64,000 bases of DNA from positions 186,001 to 250,000 of the forward strand of contig BCKZ01000003.1 of the NCBI GenBank assembly GCA_001600815.1, in the 5' to 3' direction. The notes under the pieces are model-generated. The model was given only the letters and a program-made list of their open reading frames with translations. It did not search any database and was not told the DNA's origin. Shown here one piece after another: positions 60,574-64,000 of the stretch (within the stretch, counting starts at the first letter, position 1; each line of letters opens with the position of its first letter). The position numbers and the translations under genes are program-made. This DNA comes from Alloascoidea hylecoeti (Eukaryota).

Positions 60574-62080
60574 TTTTTTAACTTTTCATATATATTTTTT
60601 ATTGAATTATATAACTAGAAACTATGTAAATTCTGACGAAATCTCTACTCTATATAGTGAAATAAAAACCTCTCTTTCTATTCTTCTTATTTTTGTGTAT
60701 TCTTGACACTATTCTTTCTTCCCTTCTTATGTACCTAGACCACCTTTAAAGCAAATCTTTTTTTTTTTTTCAGATATATTTTACTTTTTCAAGTTTTTAA
60801 ATATTAGAATCCCCCAATCAATCTCATTTAATATTTGTGGTGGTGTCCCTGCAAATCTAATATTTTTCCTTAGATTTAGTGCCTTATGGTTGAGCAGTCT
60901 TCAAATAGATGTAATATGTCTTTACCTTGTTGACATAAACTACAAGTATCAGATTTTTTTGCATTTTTGTTAGGATGTAGCATATGATTAACGTATCCCA
61001 AGCTGAGTAAATGTATCCATTGTGTCTCCTCAGGGTGTTCCTTATATGTTTCTTTGATAAATCCCCACCATTTCTTCCAATTTTCATTTTTTAGTTCCGG
61101 AATTAACTGCATCCATTTGTTTGGTTTCAATATAATTTTGTTTTTATTATACCACTTCTAGGTTATTGATTTAATCGAGTATTTGGATATGTTTTCTTCT
61201 TCCATGTATTTTATTCTTTTTTCGATATCTTCACCTGCTGGGGTTTCCACCAGTTTTTGTAACGCTTCATTTAATGCTGTTGCTATATTTTCCAAGAATT
61301 CTCTCATTAACTTTGCTTAGTCTTCGTCACCTTGCAATGCACTCTACATCCAGCTAGCTTAACGACCTAATAATTGCTTTTTTAGGTCGCTTAAACCAAA
61401 ACCATCAGCTGAAATGGGAGTTTTCAATTTTTCAAGAGCAATGGTTGTTGTCCAGGGAGATATCGCTTTTTTGCTTCATTTTCTATCTTCTCTATTGTTT
61501 GTTGTGGAATTGGCTAAAATTCGTTAAGAAACTGTATTTTGGAGAATTGTTGCTCTATCATTTTCATTATTTTATTCTCGAACTTAGACCATTGAACTCC
61601 TAAAATGGGAACTCCAATATGGGTCATATTTTTCAGATCATCTGTTTCATAATTTAAAGTTGATTTGAATATTCCATTTTCTCTTCTCCTTTGGTTTTCA
61701 TTATTAAAATAATATATGGATGATTTTGATCGATTTACTTTTGAATCCGACACATTTCAAATTCATCGAGAGTGTATTTTAGTAGGTTATGTTCGTTTTT
61801 ATTCAGCAATATGACGGAACAATCATCCGCGAAGGCTAGATTTTGAAAACGAATATTTGTCAGTGTCGAAGAGATATTCCTTTTAACCTATGGCTCAATA
61901 AGTTTGAGAGTGGCTCCAAACATAAATTAAAGATGATGGGTGCGACTGGGTTACCCTGCCTGACACCTTTAGACATTTTGAAGAGCTCACTAATAGTATC
62001 GTTTAGAACTTGACCTAGATTTTCACTAACTGCTACATTCAACAGGTTCATGAATCTGGAGCCAAAGTTAGCTTTTTCAA
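60574..62080 (-). mobile_element. 5'-truncated, internally deleted L1-clade non-LTR retrotransposon (RT, zinc finger, poly(A)) upstream of tRNA-Leu
   Basis: Minus strand: EKANFGSRF, GVRQGNPVAPIIFNLCLEPL, LAFADD (FADD at 61822-61833), SKVNRSKS, HIGVPI, PISADGFGLSDL, W..WW, CSLC..HLFEDC, then a short 3' UTR and an A-run. Several frameshifts and stops. Confidence 0.93.
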
Positions 62081-62140
62081 CGAAAGGAACAACAAAAATA
62101 ATGAATGTGATGATGAGTTCCTTCACACCCACAAGAAATA

Positions 62141-62223
62141 GGAGGGTTGGCCGAGTGGTCTAAGGCGGCAGACTTAAGATCTGCTGGACGTTGTCCGCGC
62201 GAGTTCGAACCTCGCATCCTTCA
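62141..62223 (+). tRNA. tRNA-Leu(TAA)
   Basis: GGAGGGTTGGCCGAGTGGTCTAAGGCGGCAGACTTAAGATCTGCTGGACGTTGTCCGCGCGAGTTCGAACCTCGCATCCTTCA, with a long variable arm; nearly identical to yeast tRNA-Leu(UAA). Confidence 0.97.
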
Positions 62224-63143
62224 TTATATTTTTGATTTTTATCACACATATGATAACTATTACAAAGAAAATATGGTCCAATAACCAAAAGGTGATAGAA
62301 CTAAAAGAAAAGGAAATTTTTTCTTGATGTTAGTCATAAGGAAAGAAAAGAGCGGTAACAGTGTTTTTGGTTAGAAAATATCACAGAAAATATTATCAAC
62401 AGGAGAATAGTTTATCAGAACCACAATGGTCTAAAGTGATTGAAAGGGACTCCACAAAGCTTTGCCCTAAATCACTTAGGTAAAAACGAAAATTAATTCA
62501 GGAATTCAAATAAAGTAGATGACCATGTTAGATATGATCTCAGACTTAGTTTTACCGCACGAGTATTTAAACCGTTATTATATGAAATTATTCAACAAAT
62601 CTTTTTATCCTCTTATAGCTTAGGTGGTATAATTTATAATAAAATAATTAAGTACAAAAAAACCCCCCTCAGCGGCTGAAGCCACGATCTACAATTTGAG
62701 GATGGGGTAATTGAAGAACTGTACCGATGGAATGGGAAATATATGCTCTCTACGGTTCACTTTTGTAAAAACATTGCGTAATTAACGTTATCCACCAAAA
62801 TAGAATTCGAACGTGAGCACAATTTGGTTGAATGCTCAATTCGCAACTAAATTTCAATGGTTATTATAATCTCTCCGAAGAAGATTTATAAGTATAATTA
62901 TAGTCGGAAATACTTAAACTTTTGCCTTATTCTGAGTCTGTAGTTATAGTCTTAATAATTGTAACTGAGATCACTTTTGCCGTTATTGATAATATACCTG
63001 CTCAATGCTCATCTGCGTCATTTGCAAGAATCTGGCTTCTCGGAAATTTACTGATAAGAATAGGTTTCTCAAATTATAAAGCAATACATCTTTGGATATT
63101 CAGGTATATCTATAATGTGCAAATCTTCATTCAAATATTATAC

Positions 63144-63866
63144 TTAAATCCCAGTTATACCACCAACCCTATCCTCATTCCATCTAGTCATCCATTCTTT
63201 CCTCTTGTAATATTCTTTTCTTTGAGATCTGTAGTTTCTTATAAATTCATTAACTTGTGCTATATTATCACCACCATTTGAAATGTTCATGGATGATTGC
63301 ACAGGGGTAGAATATAAACTGGATTGTTCGGATCCATTACCACTACCAATTGTATTATTATTATTATTATTATTATTATCGTTACTATATGTACCATTAA
63401 GAAAAGATTGCGATAATGAATTAGTCAATATATCTAACTCCTGAATTGACCTATTCAATTTGATCTTAATAAATGATGGTGAAAATTGTGATAAAGCGTC
63501 ATACATTTCTTTTTCAACATTTCTCCACTCTATTTCTAAATTATTAGCGGAATATAGTTTTGATTCAATTAACGACCTTAACTTAGGTAGATCATCATTA
63601 ATTTTATTTGAGAATGAGTTTAGCGTTTCTAAACATAGTTCTAATCGTTGCTTTTGTTTGGTCGTAATTTCTTTTGAAGCTGATAATGTACTAACATATG
63701 ATATAAGAAGATCTCTTGAAGATATAAATGCCTGCAAATCTTGTGAAGGGACTGAAGCTAGAATAGTAGGTGCCGGCACAGAAGCAATAATTTCCGGTGT
63801 CTTAGATATTTCAGGAGTTGAAGCAGACACTGAAGGTTTTGGAGGCAATTGTGGTGGAGTTGGCAT
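63144..63866 (-). CDS. SRN2: ESCRT-I subunit Vps37/Srn2 (Mod(r) domain), 240 aa
   Basis: Pro-rich N-terminus (PPQLPPKP), W..VEKEMYDALSQFSP..I..KL, FL.G and FIRNYRSQRKEYYKRKE..RWNEDRVGG. First ATG is at 63866. Confidence 0.8.
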   Translation of the reverse strand: MPTPPQLPPKPSVSASTPEISKTPEIIASVPAPTILASVPSQDLQAFISSRDLLISYVSTLSASKEITTKQKQRLELCLETLNSFSNKINDDLPKLRSLIESKLYSANNLEIEWRNVEKEMYDALSQFSPSFIKIKLNRSIQELDILTNSLSQSFLNGTYSNDNNNNNNNNTIGSGNGSEQSSLYSTPVQSSMNISNGGDNIAQVNEFIRNYRSQRKEYYKRKEWMTRWNEDRVGGITGI

Positions 63867-64000
63867 TTTGATAGATCCGAATATAAATTTATAAATTGCG
63901 ATTGATATCAACAGATTAAGGAAGTGTCCGGGTAATTTTACCAAGTAACTGTGTTACCCGGAGTACACAGGAATTTAGTTTGAATCGTATTCTAGTAATA

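Noticed and set aside
62240..62520. A-rich coding-like sequence downstream of tRNA-Leu
   Set aside because: No convincing homology to the LINE or to any protein I recognise.

Overview
AT-rich, intron-containing fungal DNA. Budding-yeast-like tRNAs and genes, together with many short introns, suggest an early-diverging Saccharomycotina yeast (inference). The window holds about 19 protein genes: AP-3 mu, a 7-intron HAD hydrolase, VPS17, EF-2, a WD40 protein, IRA RasGAP, a CPY-like peptidase, STE23, RPS9, RIM2, RPC10, AIP1, GID4, YMC1, ARO7, a bacterial-type DIP1984-family ORF, LOG, an FlbD-like Myb factor and VPS37. It also holds four tRNA genes (Lys-TTT with intron, Thr-AGT, Asn-GTT, Leu-TAA). 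Main observation: all four tRNA genes carry 5'-truncated, poly(A)-tailed copies of one L1-clade non-LTR retrotransposon family just upstream. The copy next to each tRNA is divergent from it, with its truncated 5' end about 58-61 bp upstream in three cases and about 33 bp in the fourth. Copies stack head-to-tail, and I saw none away from tRNA genes. This looks like a tRNA-gene-targeted LINE in a yeast, analogous to Dictyostelium TRE5. Also present: a MITE-like foldback element, two Tc1 transposase relics and a candidate horizontally acquired gene. All alignments were done by eye and element boundaries are approximate.
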